Notes: generated by a model from the letters alone, not told the origin. A stretch of DNA of 64,000 nucleotides from Lachnospiraceae bacterium (GCA_030523345.1 JAUNIR010000004.1:41-64040), one strand, 5' to 3'; numbered from the stretch's first letter, positions 30,362-41,700 are shown. A program made the numbers and translations.

Positions 30362-31774
30362 TTATTTTGATTTAAACCCTAGAAGGGCATATGTTAAAAA
30401 TGCACTGGCCGCAAATACTAGCGCTATAATCACCACTGCAATTTTTACTTTTCTATTTTTCAAAGTATCCGTATAAAGACCTGCAAATATACCTTCACAA
30501 ATTATACAGATTGCTCCATATCTGAAGTCCTGAGCCGAATAATTTCTATACTGAATCGCAAACATAATATATGCCACTAAATATGTGATATATGTGCCAA
30601 ACAGTGTAATTTTCCACTTTGTATCAAGCTTACTTCTTTTTGAAAAAACCATATAAATGGTTCCATAAAATGCATAAACCATCAGTACAACTGAACTTAC
30701 AAAAAGAACAAGTGTAAGCGGTTTCATCCATCGCGATGCATCCTCGAAACTAAACTCACTAAACAAGGATGTTTTAATCACTGCCAGCGGAATATTATAC
30801 TCATCAAAAGCATCACCTCTTGTAGTAAGGAATGTATATACTTTAGTTAGACCTGGCTTTATATCAAAAAACCTTCTAGATAAAGTAATCTCTTCACTAA
30901 AGTTCTCTCCTACTCCAGGAATATAATTAAACGGTACGCCCCACTTAAGACTATTTCTAATCTCAAATCCCAGTCCTAAAGGAAATACAATTACAGCAAA
31001 TAATAAACATTTTACAAAATATTTTTTGAAGAAGAGTCTTAATCTGTCCCCAATACTTATTCGAATGCTTTTGCCACCTACGTATCTGTTGTCGAGTCCG
31101 AAAACTCTCATAAACATAAGAATTCCAATAGGTACTGCAACAAGACCTCCCAATAGCTTTGCCATCATCGATAAACCTATGACCGCTGCCAAAACAGCAG
31201 TTGTAAGGTATCCTGGATTATCAAACCAAATAACGCCTATTATAAGAGCTAATACTGAAAGCATCAACGACAAGCCATCATTATTAATACTTCCAGATAG
31301 AAGAATAAACATAGGATGTAACGCAATAACTGAAAGCATTACGATATATCCTTCTGTAGATAGCTTACTAGCGCTATTTTTCTTAAAGAGCTTTCCTGTC
31401 CCTTTAGACTTTAAAAACATGTACGTAGCAAATACCGTCAGTAATACCATGTAAATGCATGTCGCAACCTGAGTATTTTCCTGTGCTCTATGTTCCGTAG
31501 CGCCAAATCTTGCAGAAGCATTCATTATATATGCACTCACTATATGATGTAGTGGTGGTTGGAAAAATGCCCATTTTTCTCTTGGATCAAAATCCGGCAA
31601 GTGCCCATTGTTGATAAGATATTCAATGTAGGCAGCATGTCCTTCATCCGCACCAAACCCTATAACATCATGCTGTCTCTGCCACGTCTCTGTATAGCTA
31701 ATGTAATAACATTTTATAAATAATCCAGCAAATAATAATGCTATTATTAAAAAAACTTTTATCTTTTTATTCAT
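30362..31774 (-). CDS. Polytopic GT-C-fold glycosyltransferase-like membrane protein (GT39/PMT_2/ArnT-like)
   Basis: 470 aa from the ATG at 31774, which overlaps the stop of the upstream TPR gene by 8 nt (ATGAATAA). It has more than 10 TM segments. An N-terminal loop (QHDVIGFGADEGHAAYIEYL ... FFQPPLHH) resembles PMT/ArnT-type first periplasmic loops. Family assignment is moderate. Confidence 0.6.
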   Translation of the reverse strand: MNKKIKVFLIIALLFAGLFIKCYYISYTETWQRQHDVIGFGADEGHAAYIEYLINNGHLPDFDPREKWAFFQPPLHHIVSAYIMNASARFGATEHRAQENTQVATCIYMVLLTVFATYMFLKSKGTGKLFKKNSASKLSTEGYIVMLSVIALHPMFILLSGSINNDGLSLMLSVLALIIGVIWFDNPGYLTTAVLAAVIGLSMMAKLLGGLVAVPIGILMFMRVFGLDNRYVGGKSIRISIGDRLRLFFKKYFVKCLLFAVIVFPLGLGFEIRNSLKWGVPFNYIPGVGENFSEEITLSRRFFDIKPGLTKVYTFLTTRGDAFDEYNIPLAVIKTSLFSEFSFEDASRWMKPLTLVLFVSSVVLMVYAFYGTIYMVFSKRSKLDTKWKITLFGTYITYLVAYIMFAIQYRNYSAQDFRYGAICIICEGIFAGLYTDTLKNRKVKIAVVIIALVFAASAFLTYALLGFKSK

Positions 31775-33122
31775 CTTCTGTAATATATTCAAGAGCATCC
31801 TGAGCATTCTGGGTTTCTGGGAAATCTGTAGAAATTTTTCTGTAAAGCTCATTTGCCTTTTCAACGTTACCATTTTGCCTATATGCATGAGCAAGATTCA
31901 TCAGTATGTCTGAGTTTTCAGGATTAAGAGCGTATGCCTTTTCATACTGAGTAATAGCTTCCTCATAGTCATTTGACTTCATAGCATTTTTAGCCGCAGT
32001 TACATATGTATCTGTAACTTCTGGCGAGGCATTTCCAAGAAGCAGATCATATAACGATTTAAAATCATTACTCTTGTCCGCCATACTCTCTTCCGTAATA
32101 TTATCAAGCGTTGTCATTACTGTTTCAGAATTTCCAGCTCCACTAATGTACTGTGAAGCAGCCTGAATCAGATAATCCTCCGGACGGAGATTCCCGTTTG
32201 TACCAAGTGCTTTAGATAAGCTATCCTTGAGTTTGTCTCTATCCTTCGTGACCTCATCAAGAGCCATTAAATCCTGGCTATGTTGAGCCTGTTCCTCAGA
32301 AAGCTTGTCTGATACTTCAATATAGCGTGCGTCAAATTCGATAGTTTTTTGTTCTATTCTTGCAGGCAATATGAGGAAATAACATACTGCAACGCCAACC
32401 ACTATACCAATAAGTATATTTATAATACTTGAAAAACCGCTTCGTTCTTTCTCATGCACAGGCTGAATGATTGTATCCATTCCACTTTCGTAACTTAATA
32501 CTTCCGCTCCTGGACGCGTTACATTTTTCTTTTTTCCATCTTGAGACTGGGAATCAATTTCTAATAAAATACTGTCAACCTCATCAAGATACGAAAGAAG
32601 TCTTGTATTGTTTTTATCTATCCTAAGTCCCTTAATTACTGTACGTCTGCATTTCTCATACTCTTCAGTCTCCATGTACACAAGAGCTAAAAGCTGATAA
32701 GCAGGAAGTAACCTTTCATTAATAGAAAGAACTTTCTTAAGCTGAATAATAGCTAGATCAAAACTACCCTGATAGCTATATTGCAATGCTTGGTTATATT
32801 TCTTTATGGTCTGATTTATCGTATCAAGTCTTGACTGATTTGACTGAACCTTTTCTATATACTGAAGAGCCATGTTGTCCTTGGAAGAATCAGTATTTCT
32901 ACTAATAATCCATTGTGCTAAAGCCTTTGTAATATCTCCCATTTCGAAATATACAAGTCCTAAAAGGTTTCTTGCATTTATATTCTTTTTATTGAGAGAT
33001 AAGCTTTCTCTAAGGCATGCTGCGGCTCCGGATAAGTCTCTTACCCTTGCTTTTCTCAGGCCTTCGTTATAAAAAACATTGCTTCTATATACAATTTTTG
33101 TGTATAAACCTTCGTTTGTCAT
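31767..33122 (-). CDS. Bitopic TPR-repeat protein (TPRs on both sides of one TM helix)
   Basis: 451 aa. N-terminal TPR-like repeats are followed by the TM helix IINILIGIVVGVAVCYFLILPA, then a coiled region and C-terminal TPRs (YEEAITQYEKAYALNPENSDILMNLAHAYRQNGNVEKA). Confidence 0.8.
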   Translation of the reverse strand: MTNEGLYTKIVYRSNVFYNEGLRKARVRDLSGAAACLRESLSLNKKNINARNLLGLVYFEMGDITKALAQWIISRNTDSSKDNMALQYIEKVQSNQSRLDTINQTIKKYNQALQYSYQGSFDLAIIQLKKVLSINERLLPAYQLLALVYMETEEYEKCRRTVIKGLRIDKNNTRLLSYLDEVDSILLEIDSQSQDGKKKNVTRPGAEVLSYESGMDTIIQPVHEKERSGFSSIINILIGIVVGVAVCYFLILPARIEQKTIEFDARYIEVSDKLSEEQAQHSQDLMALDEVTKDRDKLKDSLSKALGTNGNLRPEDYLIQAASQYISGAGNSETVMTTLDNITEESMADKSNDFKSLYDLLLGNASPEVTDTYVTAAKNAMKSNDYEEAITQYEKAYALNPENSDILMNLAHAYRQNGNVEKANELYRKISTDFPETQNAQDALEYITEDE

Positions 33123-33123
33123 C

Positions 33124-33318
33124 TTAATATGTTCCTGGATCTATTGGCATTACCTGAACCTGTGAACGTAGTCTTAACTCTAATTGCTTATTCTGTTCAA
33201 TTAAAGCAAGTAAAGCATCCGTCATATCTGACCCATTCTCATTAATCACTTCGTTTTCAACCTGGTCAACTTCTAAAGATGGAGCAAACTTTTTTATTTC
33301 TTCATCAAAATTTATCAT
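33124..33318 (-). CDS. Small acidic hypothetical protein (64 aa)
   Basis: The ORF stops 1 nt before the TPR gene start. It has no recognisable motif. I call it coding only from its packing within the operon. Confidence 0.4.
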   Translation of the reverse strand: MINFDEEIKKFAPSLEVDQVENEVINENGSDMTDALLALIEQNKQLELRLRSQVQVMPIDPGTY

Positions 33319-33385
33319 ATCGTTCCTGTTACCATTATCACTAACATTGGTATTATTAGTAATTTTATTGTCTACAAATCATTTA

Positions 33386-34777
33386 TCAGCTACTATGCAC
33401 AACAGCAATTTTTTCTTCTTTTCTATCTCTGAAGAACTCTACTGCCTTCTGTTCCGAATCAATAGCCATTGTCATTTCATCAACAATTATTTGAACACCT
33501 GCAAAAACAGAACCTGCTATAGTAATCTTCGCTCGTTTACCAACACTCATAGTGTACTCAATTTTTTCGAGTTCATCTTCTATATTGCTTACAAGCTTTT
33601 CATCCCTTTTAAGGCGTCTTTCAAGCTGTGCAGTCTTAGCCTCCCTCACTTCTTTCTTTTCTTGCGAAAGATGAGGGTTTGACACCTTCTCAAGTTCTTT
33701 TCTTGTTCGTTCAATTGATGTTTTTATACCAGTTACTTTTGTTTTAAGGACTCTGTCTCTATCCTGAAGCTCTCTTGAGACGCCTACTGCCGCTATAGTC
33801 TTATGCCCTGCAGCATTACCTAAAAACATAGATGATATATTGCCAACCGCATATGTGCTACCACCAACAATCGCGCCTCGTCTGCCAGAAACTATAACAT
33901 CATTTCCCGCGTTAATTTGACAGTTCATAATTATATTAGCTTCAACTTTTCCCTTTACGTCTACCCTAGTAAACTCCATAAAGTTGGCATACACATCGCC
34001 GCCACATGAAATGCGTGCCTTCTGTCCGCCCTGCATTCCCTTTTTGAGTATTATGTCCCCACCAGCGATTAGAGTTGCAGCTTCGACACTTCCCTCAACT
34101 ATAATGCTTTTTGAAGTACGAATTACAACTCCTGATAAAACATTACCTTTTATAACAACATCGCCTCTAAAGTCGATTTTTCCAGTTACAAGGTCCACAT
34201 CACCTTTGTGTTCATATACATTAGTGATTTTAAGTGACTTACCATCATACTCAACTTTTCCTTCAGTTGAAGCAGTGTAATCGCCAGTATCATCGTTATA
34301 CTTAAAGCCAGATCCTTTAAGAGCTGGGAGTTCCTTAGACGGCTTTGGTTTTAATGCCCTACCTCTTACATCAGTTCCAACCTTTCCCGGAACTGCTTTA
34401 TGATAATGAGCTACTTTCTCTCCAATAGAAACACACTGAATTTCACTCATGCTCTGATAATCTACTGATCCATCAGATCTTATAGCAGGTTTTTTTTCAA
34501 CATTATAGTCAAAAAACAACTCGTAGTAACCATCTGACCCTTCTTCAGGGTATGTTCCTTTAGCCACCTCATAGTCATCGTAGTAAACATTATTCTGCGT
34601 CATATACTCTAGTGCAGAATAAATCACACCACCATAAACACCTTTGTTTTTCAAAAATCCCGACAGTTCATCCACAGAGTATGCTATTCCATCCTCTGGT
34701 GGTTCAATAAAGAGTTTTGCACTCATACTGTCTTCTGAAACTGTTACTTTACACTTTTCTGAAAATCTTCCCGCCAA
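33386..34777 (-). CDS. FapA-family (DUF342) protein
   Basis: 463 aa. The central region has repeated G-x-V/I beta-helix-type segments (GDVVIKGNV, VEGSVEA, GGDIILKKG, GGDVYANF, AGNDVIVSG). The C-terminal part is a coiled coil, as in FapA/DUF342 proteins. Confidence 0.72.
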   Translation of the reverse strand: MAGRFSEKCKVTVSEDSMSAKLFIEPPEDGIAYSVDELSGFLKNKGVYGGVIYSALEYMTQNNVYYDDYEVAKGTYPEEGSDGYYELFFDYNVEKKPAIRSDGSVDYQSMSEIQCVSIGEKVAHYHKAVPGKVGTDVRGRALKPKPSKELPALKGSGFKYNDDTGDYTASTEGKVEYDGKSLKITNVYEHKGDVDLVTGKIDFRGDVVIKGNVLSGVVIRTSKSIIVEGSVEAATLIAGGDIILKKGMQGGQKARISCGGDVYANFMEFTRVDVKGKVEANIIMNCQINAGNDVIVSGRRGAIVGGSTYAVGNISSMFLGNAAGHKTIAAVGVSRELQDRDRVLKTKVTGIKTSIERTRKELEKVSNPHLSQEKKEVREAKTAQLERRLKRDEKLVSNIEDELEKIEYTMSVGKRAKITIAGSVFAGVQIIVDEMTMAIDSEQKAVEFFRDRKEEKIAVVHSS

Positions 34778-34802
34778 ATTGTAATCCCCATATAAGCTTA
34801 AT

Positions 34803-37445
34803 CTACTTTAACGAACTGAGTCTCTCACTTACCTGACTAAGCATCTGCTCATAATTAGCAAGTTTTTCCTTTTCCTCATTTACTTTAGCTTCTGGCGCTT
34901 TTGAAATAAACTTTTCATTCGAAAGCATTCCCTTACATCTTGCAATTTCTCCTGTAAGTCTTTTCTCTTCCTTAGTTAAACGTTCTATTTCAACACTAAT
35001 ATCTACAAGATCAGTAAATGGCATATAAATTGTCGCATTTGCGATAACTACAGATACTGCATCATCTGCAATTCCTTCTTTATCCTTCTGAACACTTACC
35101 TCTGAAGCGTTAGCAAGTGAAGCAAAGAATAGCTTTCCTTCGTTAAACGCATTTACAATATCTGCATTTTCTGAAACAACATATACTACAGCTTTTCTTG
35201 AATTTGGAACATTCATCTCTGTACGAATGTTTCTAATTCCTCTTACTGCTTCTTTAATAATTTCTATTTCTTTTTCTTCTTTTTCAAATGCTCTTAAGCT
35301 TGTAAATTCAGGCCATTTTGAAATCATGATTGTTTCTTCTTCTGACTGAAGTGTGCAGAAAATTTCTTCAGTAACAAATGGCATATATGGATGAAGAAGC
35401 TTGAGTGCATCAATAAGTACTTCTCTTAATGTGTAGAGTGCTGCATTCTGAGATTTAGCATCATCTGTGTTATAAAGTCTTGGCTTAACCATTTCAATAT
35501 ACCAATCGCAGAACTCTTCCCAAATGAAGTCGTAAACTTTCTGTACAGCAATACCAAGCTCGAATGCCTCCATATTCTCTGTCACTTCTTTTACAACATT
35601 ATTAAGCTTTGAAAGAATCCACTTATCAACAGGCTGAAGGTCTGAAGCATCTGGCTTTGTGATTTCCTTGCCCTCCATGTTCATCATTATGAATCGTGAC
35701 GCGTTCCATACCTTGTTTGCAAAGTTACGGCTATTTTCAACTCTATCCCAGTAGAAACGCATATCATTACCAGGAGCGTTTCCTGTAATAAGTGTAAGTC
35801 TTAACGCATCTGCGCCATACTTATCAATTACTTCAAGTGGATCAATACCATTTCCTAGTGACTTACTCATCTTACGTCCCTGGTCATCTCTAACAAGACC
35901 ATGAATAAGTACTGTAGAGAATGGGCTCTTTCCTGTATGTGCATATCCTGAGAACACCATTCTGATAACCCAGAAGAATATGATGTCATAGCCTGTTACA
36001 AGTACATTTGTTGGATAGAAATAATCCAAATCGTCACACTTATCAGGCCAGCCGAGTGTTGAAAATGGCCATAATGCTGATGAGAACCATGTATCAAGAG
36101 TATCCTCATCCTGAGTCATAGAACCTCCACACTTAGGACATGTGCAAACCTTCTCACGACTTACAACCATCTCTCCACACTTGTCACAGTAATATGCTGG
36201 GATTCTATGTCCCCACCAAAGCTGTCTTGAAATACACCAGTCACGAATATTCTCAAGCCAGTGTAAATATGTCTTGTCAAAAGACTTTGGAACAAATGTA
36301 AGCTCACCATTCTTGACAGCCTCAATAGCCGGCTTTGCAAGCTCTTCCATTGCTACAAACCACTGTGGCTTAACCATTGGCTCAACAGTTGTCTTACATC
36401 TATCATGTGTTCCTACATTGTGCTCATGGTCTTCAATCTTGACTAAAAGACCCATTTCATCCATCTTCTGAACAATTATCTTACGAGCTTCATATCTATC
36501 CATTCCTTCAAATTCAGGACAGATTCCATTTATCGTAGCATCATCATTAAGAACATTTATTACTTCAAGGTTATGTCTCTTACCTACTTCAAAGTCGTTA
36601 GGGTCATGTGCTGGTGTAATCTTAACTACACCTGTACCAAATTCCATATCAACATACTCGTCAGCTACTACTGGAATTTCTCTGTTAACAAATGGTAACA
36701 TTACTGTCTTTCCAATAATGTCTTTATATCTGTCATCCGCTGGGTTAACAGCAACTGCTGTATCACCAAGCATTGTTTCTGGACGTGTTGTTGCAAATTC
36801 AACATATCTTCCTGGCTCACCAACTATTTCATACTTCATATGCCAGAAATGACCTGCCTGATTTTCATGTATAACCTCTGCATCTGAAATTGATGTCTGG
36901 CATACAGGGCACCAGTTGATTATACGGTTACCCTTGTATATAAAGCCCTTCTCATAGAAATTAATAAACACCTCTTCTACAGCCTTAGAGCATCCTGGGT
37001 CCATTGTAAATCTTTCTCTGTCCCAGTCAGCAGATGAACCCATCTTCTTAAGCTGGCTTATGATACGGTTACCATACTCATCTTTCCAATCCCAACACTT
37101 TTCAAGGAATCCTTCACGACCAAGATCCGCTTTCTCGATACCCTGTTTCTTAAGATGCTCAATAACCTTAACTTCTGTAGCAATAGCTGCATGGTCTGTA
37201 CCTGGCTGCCAAAGTGCATTATATCCCTGCATTCTCTTGAAACGGATAAGAATATCCTGCATTGTATTATCAAGGGCATGACCCATATGGAGCTGACCTG
37301 TAATGTTTGGTGGTGGCATTACAATTGTGAAAGGTTTCTTAGATCTATCCACTTCAGCGTGAAAGTATTTCTTTTCTTCCCACTTTGAATATAATCTTTC
37401 CTCCATTCCCTTTGGATCATAAGTTTTTGCTAATTCTTTACTCAT
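34803..37445 (-). CDS. valS: Valine--tRNA ligase
   Basis: 880 aa from the internal ATG (MSKELAKTYDP...). It has HIGH (PPPNITGQLHMGHA), KMSKS (KMSKSLGN), an editing domain and a C-terminal coiled coil. Confidence 0.95.
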   Translation of the reverse strand: MSKELAKTYDPKGMEERLYSKWEEKKYFHAEVDRSKKPFTIVMPPPNITGQLHMGHALDNTMQDILIRFKRMQGYNALWQPGTDHAAIATEVKVIEHLKKQGIEKADLGREGFLEKCWDWKDEYGNRIISQLKKMGSSADWDRERFTMDPGCSKAVEEVFINFYEKGFIYKGNRIINWCPVCQTSISDAEVIHENQAGHFWHMKYEIVGEPGRYVEFATTRPETMLGDTAVAVNPADDRYKDIIGKTVMLPFVNREIPVVADEYVDMEFGTGVVKITPAHDPNDFEVGKRHNLEVINVLNDDATINGICPEFEGMDRYEARKIIVQKMDEMGLLVKIEDHEHNVGTHDRCKTTVEPMVKPQWFVAMEELAKPAIEAVKNGELTFVPKSFDKTYLHWLENIRDWCISRQLWWGHRIPAYYCDKCGEMVVSREKVCTCPKCGGSMTQDEDTLDTWFSSALWPFSTLGWPDKCDDLDYFYPTNVLVTGYDIIFFWVIRMVFSGYAHTGKSPFSTVLIHGLVRDDQGRKMSKSLGNGIDPLEVIDKYGADALRLTLITGNAPGNDMRFYWDRVENSRNFANKVWNASRFIMMNMEGKEITKPDASDLQPVDKWILSKLNNVVKEVTENMEAFELGIAVQKVYDFIWEEFCDWYIEMVKPRLYNTDDAKSQNAALYTLREVLIDALKLLHPYMPFVTEEIFCTLQSEEETIMISKWPEFTSLRAFEKEEKEIEIIKEAVRGIRNIRTEMNVPNSRKAVVYVVSENADIVNAFNEGKLFFASLANASEVSVQKDKEGIADDAVSVVIANATIYMPFTDLVDISVEIERLTKEEKRLTGEIARCKGMLSNEKFISKAPEAKVNEEKEKLANYEQMLSQVSERLSSLK

Positions 37446-37539
37446 CTTTTCAACCTCGTATATATTATTTTGTATTTTTAACATTATTAGTGGCCTTTGC
37501 CAGCTATGCTTATTTATTCGTATAACCTGTTACTAATCT

Positions 37540-38829
37540 CTAGACAATGACTCGATTACGTCCGCCCTGTTTCCCTTCATAGAGCTTATCGTCTGCTCGT
37601 CTAATCTGGTCAGCGACTTTTTCATCTTCTGCTCGTCCAACAACACCAAATGTCATTGTAACGGAATGTGTCTGCCCATCATATTCAATGACTCGGTCTC
37701 TAACACCTTGTAATATATCAATAAGCATCAATCCCGCTGCAGTTTCCTCTATATTTTCAAAGACAAGGAGAAATTCCTCTCCGCCCCATCTTGCAACGAA
37801 TCCTTTACCACGCATGCCTTCATTAAGGCTTGCGGCAACTTCTTTAAGAACTACATCTCCACATTCATGTCCAAAACTATCGTTAAACTTTTTAAAGAAA
37901 TCGATGTCGCCTATAGAAATCGAAGACTTGATTCCTTGCTTTTCAAGATTGTCAAGCTTTCTCTCTCCAGCTCGTCTATTGTAAAGTCCTGTAAGAGCAT
38001 CCCTTTCAATAAGCTTCTTAAGTGACATCTGAACCTTAGAACTAGCAAGTCCAATTTCACCGAGCTCATCTTTTCGCCCTAATACTACCTCATCAAGTCT
38101 TGCGTCAAGATTATCATTTGCAAGTTCTCTTAGGAACTTAAGTATTCTCTGTATAATGTCAATTATTTTTGACGAAGATCTTATAATAACAAACGCGGTA
38201 ATAATCATGAACGCAATAAGTATGAGTATTGTCTGATATATCGACTTCATAACCTCCGCATTAACGGTAGCTGAAGGCATTGCGACACCAATCATTCCAA
38301 TGCATGTATCTCCATCTTCAGAGAATATAGGCTTATAATATGCGTAATATGGAATGGTTCCAATTGTGACATTGTCGTAAAACATTTCAGTCTTGCCTAT
38401 GAATACTTCAGCGACAACCCTGTCTGCCGCAGCAACATCTATGTATCTATCACCATTTTCATCAAGCATTGTCGTAACAAGTCTTAAGTCTGCAAAGAAC
38501 AGAGATATATCCATTCCGGATTCCTTCTTGATTGCATCAATGAGTTCTGTATTTCCAGATAACGGAGCCTCGCCCTTATATAACGTTCTGCTTTTTTTCA
38601 TAACAAGAATGTTATAGTCACCTGGATACATTATGTCGTAACTGTTCTCTACAGCAGCTTCAATGTTTTTAAGGTTTTTTACAACCTGCTCCTTTGTTGA
38701 CTCCCTGACTCGGTTTGAAACAAATGTTATTGCTATGAGTCCAAAAGCAAGCAATGGCACAAGTGTCATTATCAAAAATGTTGCGTATAAACTGTCTTTT
38801 CCTCTTTTGTCTACTTTTACAATTTTCAT
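37540..38829 (-). CDS. Sensor diguanylate cyclase (TM, extracytoplasmic Cache-like domain, TM, HAMP-like linker, GGDEF)
   Basis: 429 aa with two TM helices flanking a roughly 160-aa extracytoplasmic domain. The C-terminal GGDEF domain has DALTGLYNRR, DIDFFKKFNDSFGHECGD and RWGGEEF. Confidence 0.85.
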   Translation of the reverse strand: MKIVKVDKRGKDSLYATFLIMTLVPLLAFGLIAITFVSNRVRESTKEQVVKNLKNIEAAVENSYDIMYPGDYNILVMKKSRTLYKGEAPLSGNTELIDAIKKESGMDISLFFADLRLVTTMLDENGDRYIDVAAADRVVAEVFIGKTEMFYDNVTIGTIPYYAYYKPIFSEDGDTCIGMIGVAMPSATVNAEVMKSIYQTILILIAFMIITAFVIIRSSSKIIDIIQRILKFLRELANDNLDARLDEVVLGRKDELGEIGLASSKVQMSLKKLIERDALTGLYNRRAGERKLDNLEKQGIKSSISIGDIDFFKKFNDSFGHECGDVVLKEVAASLNEGMRGKGFVARWGGEEFLLVFENIEETAAGLMLIDILQGVRDRVIEYDGQTHSVTMTFGVVGRAEDEKVADQIRRADDKLYEGKQGGRNRVIV

Positions 38830-38875
38830 TTCTATCTATTGTGTCCCTTTAGGCTTTATTCTGTGTTTTTGTATA

Positions 38876-38906
38876 GCAAAATAGAGTGGACCGAGCCCAC
38901 TCTATT
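38876..38906 (-). terminator. Rho-independent terminator after clpB
   Basis: Minus-strand hairpin ATAGAGTGG-GCTCGG-TCCACTCTAT followed by TTTGC, about 120 nt downstream of the clpB stop. Confidence 0.65.
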
Positions 38907-39027
38907 ATTATATATTATTTATATTATATTTACTACATTTTCGCGTGATAATTTCGCTTATTTTTTAGCCTAAAAAAGCCATTCTTTTATGCACAATGAT
39001 TCATGGAATCACAAATATTCTTTGCAC

Positions 39028-41610
39028 CTATTTCACTTTTGCAAAAAGCATATCGTCGCTTACGCTTATAAGGATCGTATTTCCTTCTTCCACTCCATCC
39101 GACAAAATAAGTTTTCCCGCCAATGTCTCAACATTTTTCTGGATATATCTCTTTAAAGGTCTTGCACCATAAACCGCATCGTAGCCATTGTCTACAATAT
39201 ACTTCTTAGCGTCTTCTGTAAGCTCTATTGTGATATTTCTATCTGCAAGACGCTTGTTAATATCCGCTATAAGAAGCTCTATGATTCCAGAAATATTATC
39301 CTTTGTGAGCGGCTTGAACATAATCTGCTCATCCAATCTATTTAGGAATTCAGGTCTAAAATGCGTCCTTAAATCAGCATTCACAAGTTCCTCTGCTTCT
39401 TTCGTGATATTCTGGCTATCATCAATGCCATCGAGTAGGTACTGCGAGCCTATATTACTTGTCATAATAAGGATTGTATTCTTAAAATCCACAGTTCGTC
39501 CCTGTGAGTCAGTTACTCTTCCATCATCAAGAACCTGCAGTAATACATTAAACACGTCCGGATGAGCTTTTTCTATCTCATCAAACAAAACTACAGAGTA
39601 TGGTTTTCTTCTGACCGCCTCAGTCAACTGCCCACCTTCCTCATAACCTACATATCCTGGAGGTGCGCCTATAAGTCTTGATACAGAATATTTCTCCATA
39701 TACTCGGACATATCTATTCTTATCATATTTTTTTCATCGTCAAAAAGACATTCAGCCAAAGCTTTAGCAAGCTCCGTTTTTCCAACACCGGTTGGTCCAA
39801 GGAACAGAAACGACCCTATTGGTTTTGATGGATCCTTAATTCCCGCCTTTGATCGGATTATAGCTTCCGTAACCTTAGTAACTCCTTCATCCTGACCAAT
39901 TACCCTTTTATGGAGTTCATCATCCAAATGTAACGTCTTTTCTCTTTCACTTTCATTAAGCTTTGAAATCGGAATTCCTGTCCACCTTGATATAATTTTT
40001 GCTATTTCGTCATCATCAACACTTTCATGAAGAAGCGACATTTCCTTTTCCCCTGTTGTTTTTTCAGCCTCTTCAAGTTCAGCTTTTAATTTAGGGAGTG
40101 TTCCATAGCTTAGTTCGCCAGCTTTTTCATAATCAAGATTACGACTAGCAATCTGGATTTGATTCTTTACGTCCTCGATCTGCGCGCGGAGTGTTGATAA
40201 TTTGTCGACGCTAGCTTTTTCGTTTTCCCACTGGGTAAAACGTGCGTTGTATTTTTCCTTAACATCAGCAAGTTCCTTCTGGAGTGCCTCCAGTCGTTCC
40301 ATTGACAACTTGTCGTCTTCTTTTTTAAGAGCCACTTCTTCTATTTCTAGCTGCATTTTACGCCTATTAAGCTCATCAAGCTCCGTTGGCATAGAATTAA
40401 GTTCTGTCTTAATGAGAGCACACGCTTCATCCACCAAATCTATTGCCTTGTCAGGAAGAAATCTATCTGAAATATATCTGTTAGAAAGCACTGCAGCTGA
40501 AACTAGCGCATTATCAGTAATTTTGACTCCATGGAAGTTTTCATATCTCTCTTTAAGCCCACGTAAAATTGATATCGTATCCTCAACAGTAGGTTCATCG
40601 ACCATCACCGGCTGGAAACGTCTCTCTAACGCCGCGTCCTTCTCTATATACTGACGATATTCATCTAGAGTTGTAGCACCAATACAATGCAATTCACCTC
40701 TTGCAAGCATCGGCTTAAGCATATTTCCAGCATCAAGAGCCCCATCAGTCTTTCCTGCACCAACAATTGTATGAAGTTCATCGATAAAAAGAATTATTTG
40801 TCCGTCAGAATTTTTAACATCATCAAGCACGGCCTTAAGACGCTCTTCAAATTCACCCCTGTACTTGGCTCCAGCAACAAGAGCACCCATATCAAGAGCA
40901 AACACTGATTTGTCCTTCAGATTTTCAGGAACATCTCCCGCAACAATACGTTGCGCCAACCCTTCCACAACTGCAGTTTTTCCAACTCCTGGTTCTCCTA
41001 TAAGAACGGGATTATTTTTAGACTTTCTCGACAGAATTCTAATAATGTTACGAATTTCCGCATCTCTGCCAATAACGGGGTCTAGCTTCTGATTACGGGC
41101 TTTTTCAACAAGGTCCTCACCATATTTTTCAAGTGTATCATATGTTGCCTCAGGGTTATCCGATACTACTCTCTGGTTTCCTCTTACCGTAGATAATGCC
41201 TGTAAAAATCTTTCCCTTGTTATGCCATACTCTGAAAAGATTGCCTTAACTCCTTTATTAGGATACTTAATAAGAGCAAGGAATAGATGTTCAACAGAAA
41301 CATACTCGTCTCCCATTGCCTTTAGCTCATCTTCTGCAGACAATAGAACTTTATTCAAATCCTGGCTATAATACAAATTTCCGCCTTGTACTTTACTGAT
41401 TTTATTAATTGAATTTTCAACATTTTCAGTAAAATGCTCAAGGTCAATTTCCATTTTTTCGATAAGTTTTGCGATTAGAGAATCGTCAATTTTTATAAGT
41501 GCATATAAAAGATGTTCTTCATCCATCATTTGGTTACCATATTCATATGCCAGTTTTTCAATTAACTGAATCGCTTCAATACTATTTTTAGTAAATTTAT
41601 TAATGTTCAT
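39028..41610 (-). CDS. clpB: ATP-dependent chaperone ClpB
   Basis: 860 aa. It has a Clp N-domain, two AAA+ modules with Walker A motifs GEPGVGKT and GPTGVGKT, a long middle coiled-coil domain, and no ClpP-binding IGF loop. Confidence 0.95.
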   Translation of the reverse strand: MNINKFTKNSIEAIQLIEKLAYEYGNQMMDEEHLLYALIKIDDSLIAKLIEKMEIDLEHFTENVENSINKISKVQGGNLYYSQDLNKVLLSAEDELKAMGDEYVSVEHLFLALIKYPNKGVKAIFSEYGITRERFLQALSTVRGNQRVVSDNPEATYDTLEKYGEDLVEKARNQKLDPVIGRDAEIRNIIRILSRKSKNNPVLIGEPGVGKTAVVEGLAQRIVAGDVPENLKDKSVFALDMGALVAGAKYRGEFEERLKAVLDDVKNSDGQIILFIDELHTIVGAGKTDGALDAGNMLKPMLARGELHCIGATTLDEYRQYIEKDAALERRFQPVMVDEPTVEDTISILRGLKERYENFHGVKITDNALVSAAVLSNRYISDRFLPDKAIDLVDEACALIKTELNSMPTELDELNRRKMQLEIEEVALKKEDDKLSMERLEALQKELADVKEKYNARFTQWENEKASVDKLSTLRAQIEDVKNQIQIASRNLDYEKAGELSYGTLPKLKAELEEAEKTTGEKEMSLLHESVDDDEIAKIISRWTGIPISKLNESEREKTLHLDDELHKRVIGQDEGVTKVTEAIIRSKAGIKDPSKPIGSFLFLGPTGVGKTELAKALAECLFDDEKNMIRIDMSEYMEKYSVSRLIGAPPGYVGYEEGGQLTEAVRRKPYSVVLFDEIEKAHPDVFNVLLQVLDDGRVTDSQGRTVDFKNTILIMTSNIGSQYLLDGIDDSQNITKEAEELVNADLRTHFRPEFLNRLDEQIMFKPLTKDNISGIIELLIADINKRLADRNITIELTEDAKKYIVDNGYDAVYGARPLKRYIQKNVETLAGKLILSDGVEEGNTILISVSDDMLFAKVK

Positions 41611-41671
41611 ATCTGTTACCTCCTTTAAAAATACAGGCTATGGAGTTATAGTTTTTCCCTTGTATGAACAC

Positions 41672-41700
41672 ATATTATCACATTTATTAGCACTCGTCAA
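41672..41700 (-). promoter_or_regulatory. Putative sigma-A promoter for clpB
   Basis: The minus strand reads TTGACG (41700-41695), a 17-nt spacer, then TAATAT (41677-41672). The CIRCE element overlaps the -35 and spacer. Confidence 0.5.

Noticed and set aside
37446-37539. T-box leader upstream of valS. I checked the same for glnS (30316-30361) and ilvE (48133-48298).
   Set aside because: The spacers are only about 95, 46 and 166 nt. They contain no T-box sequence (AANNNGGGTGGTACCGCG-like) and no specifier-loop architecture.
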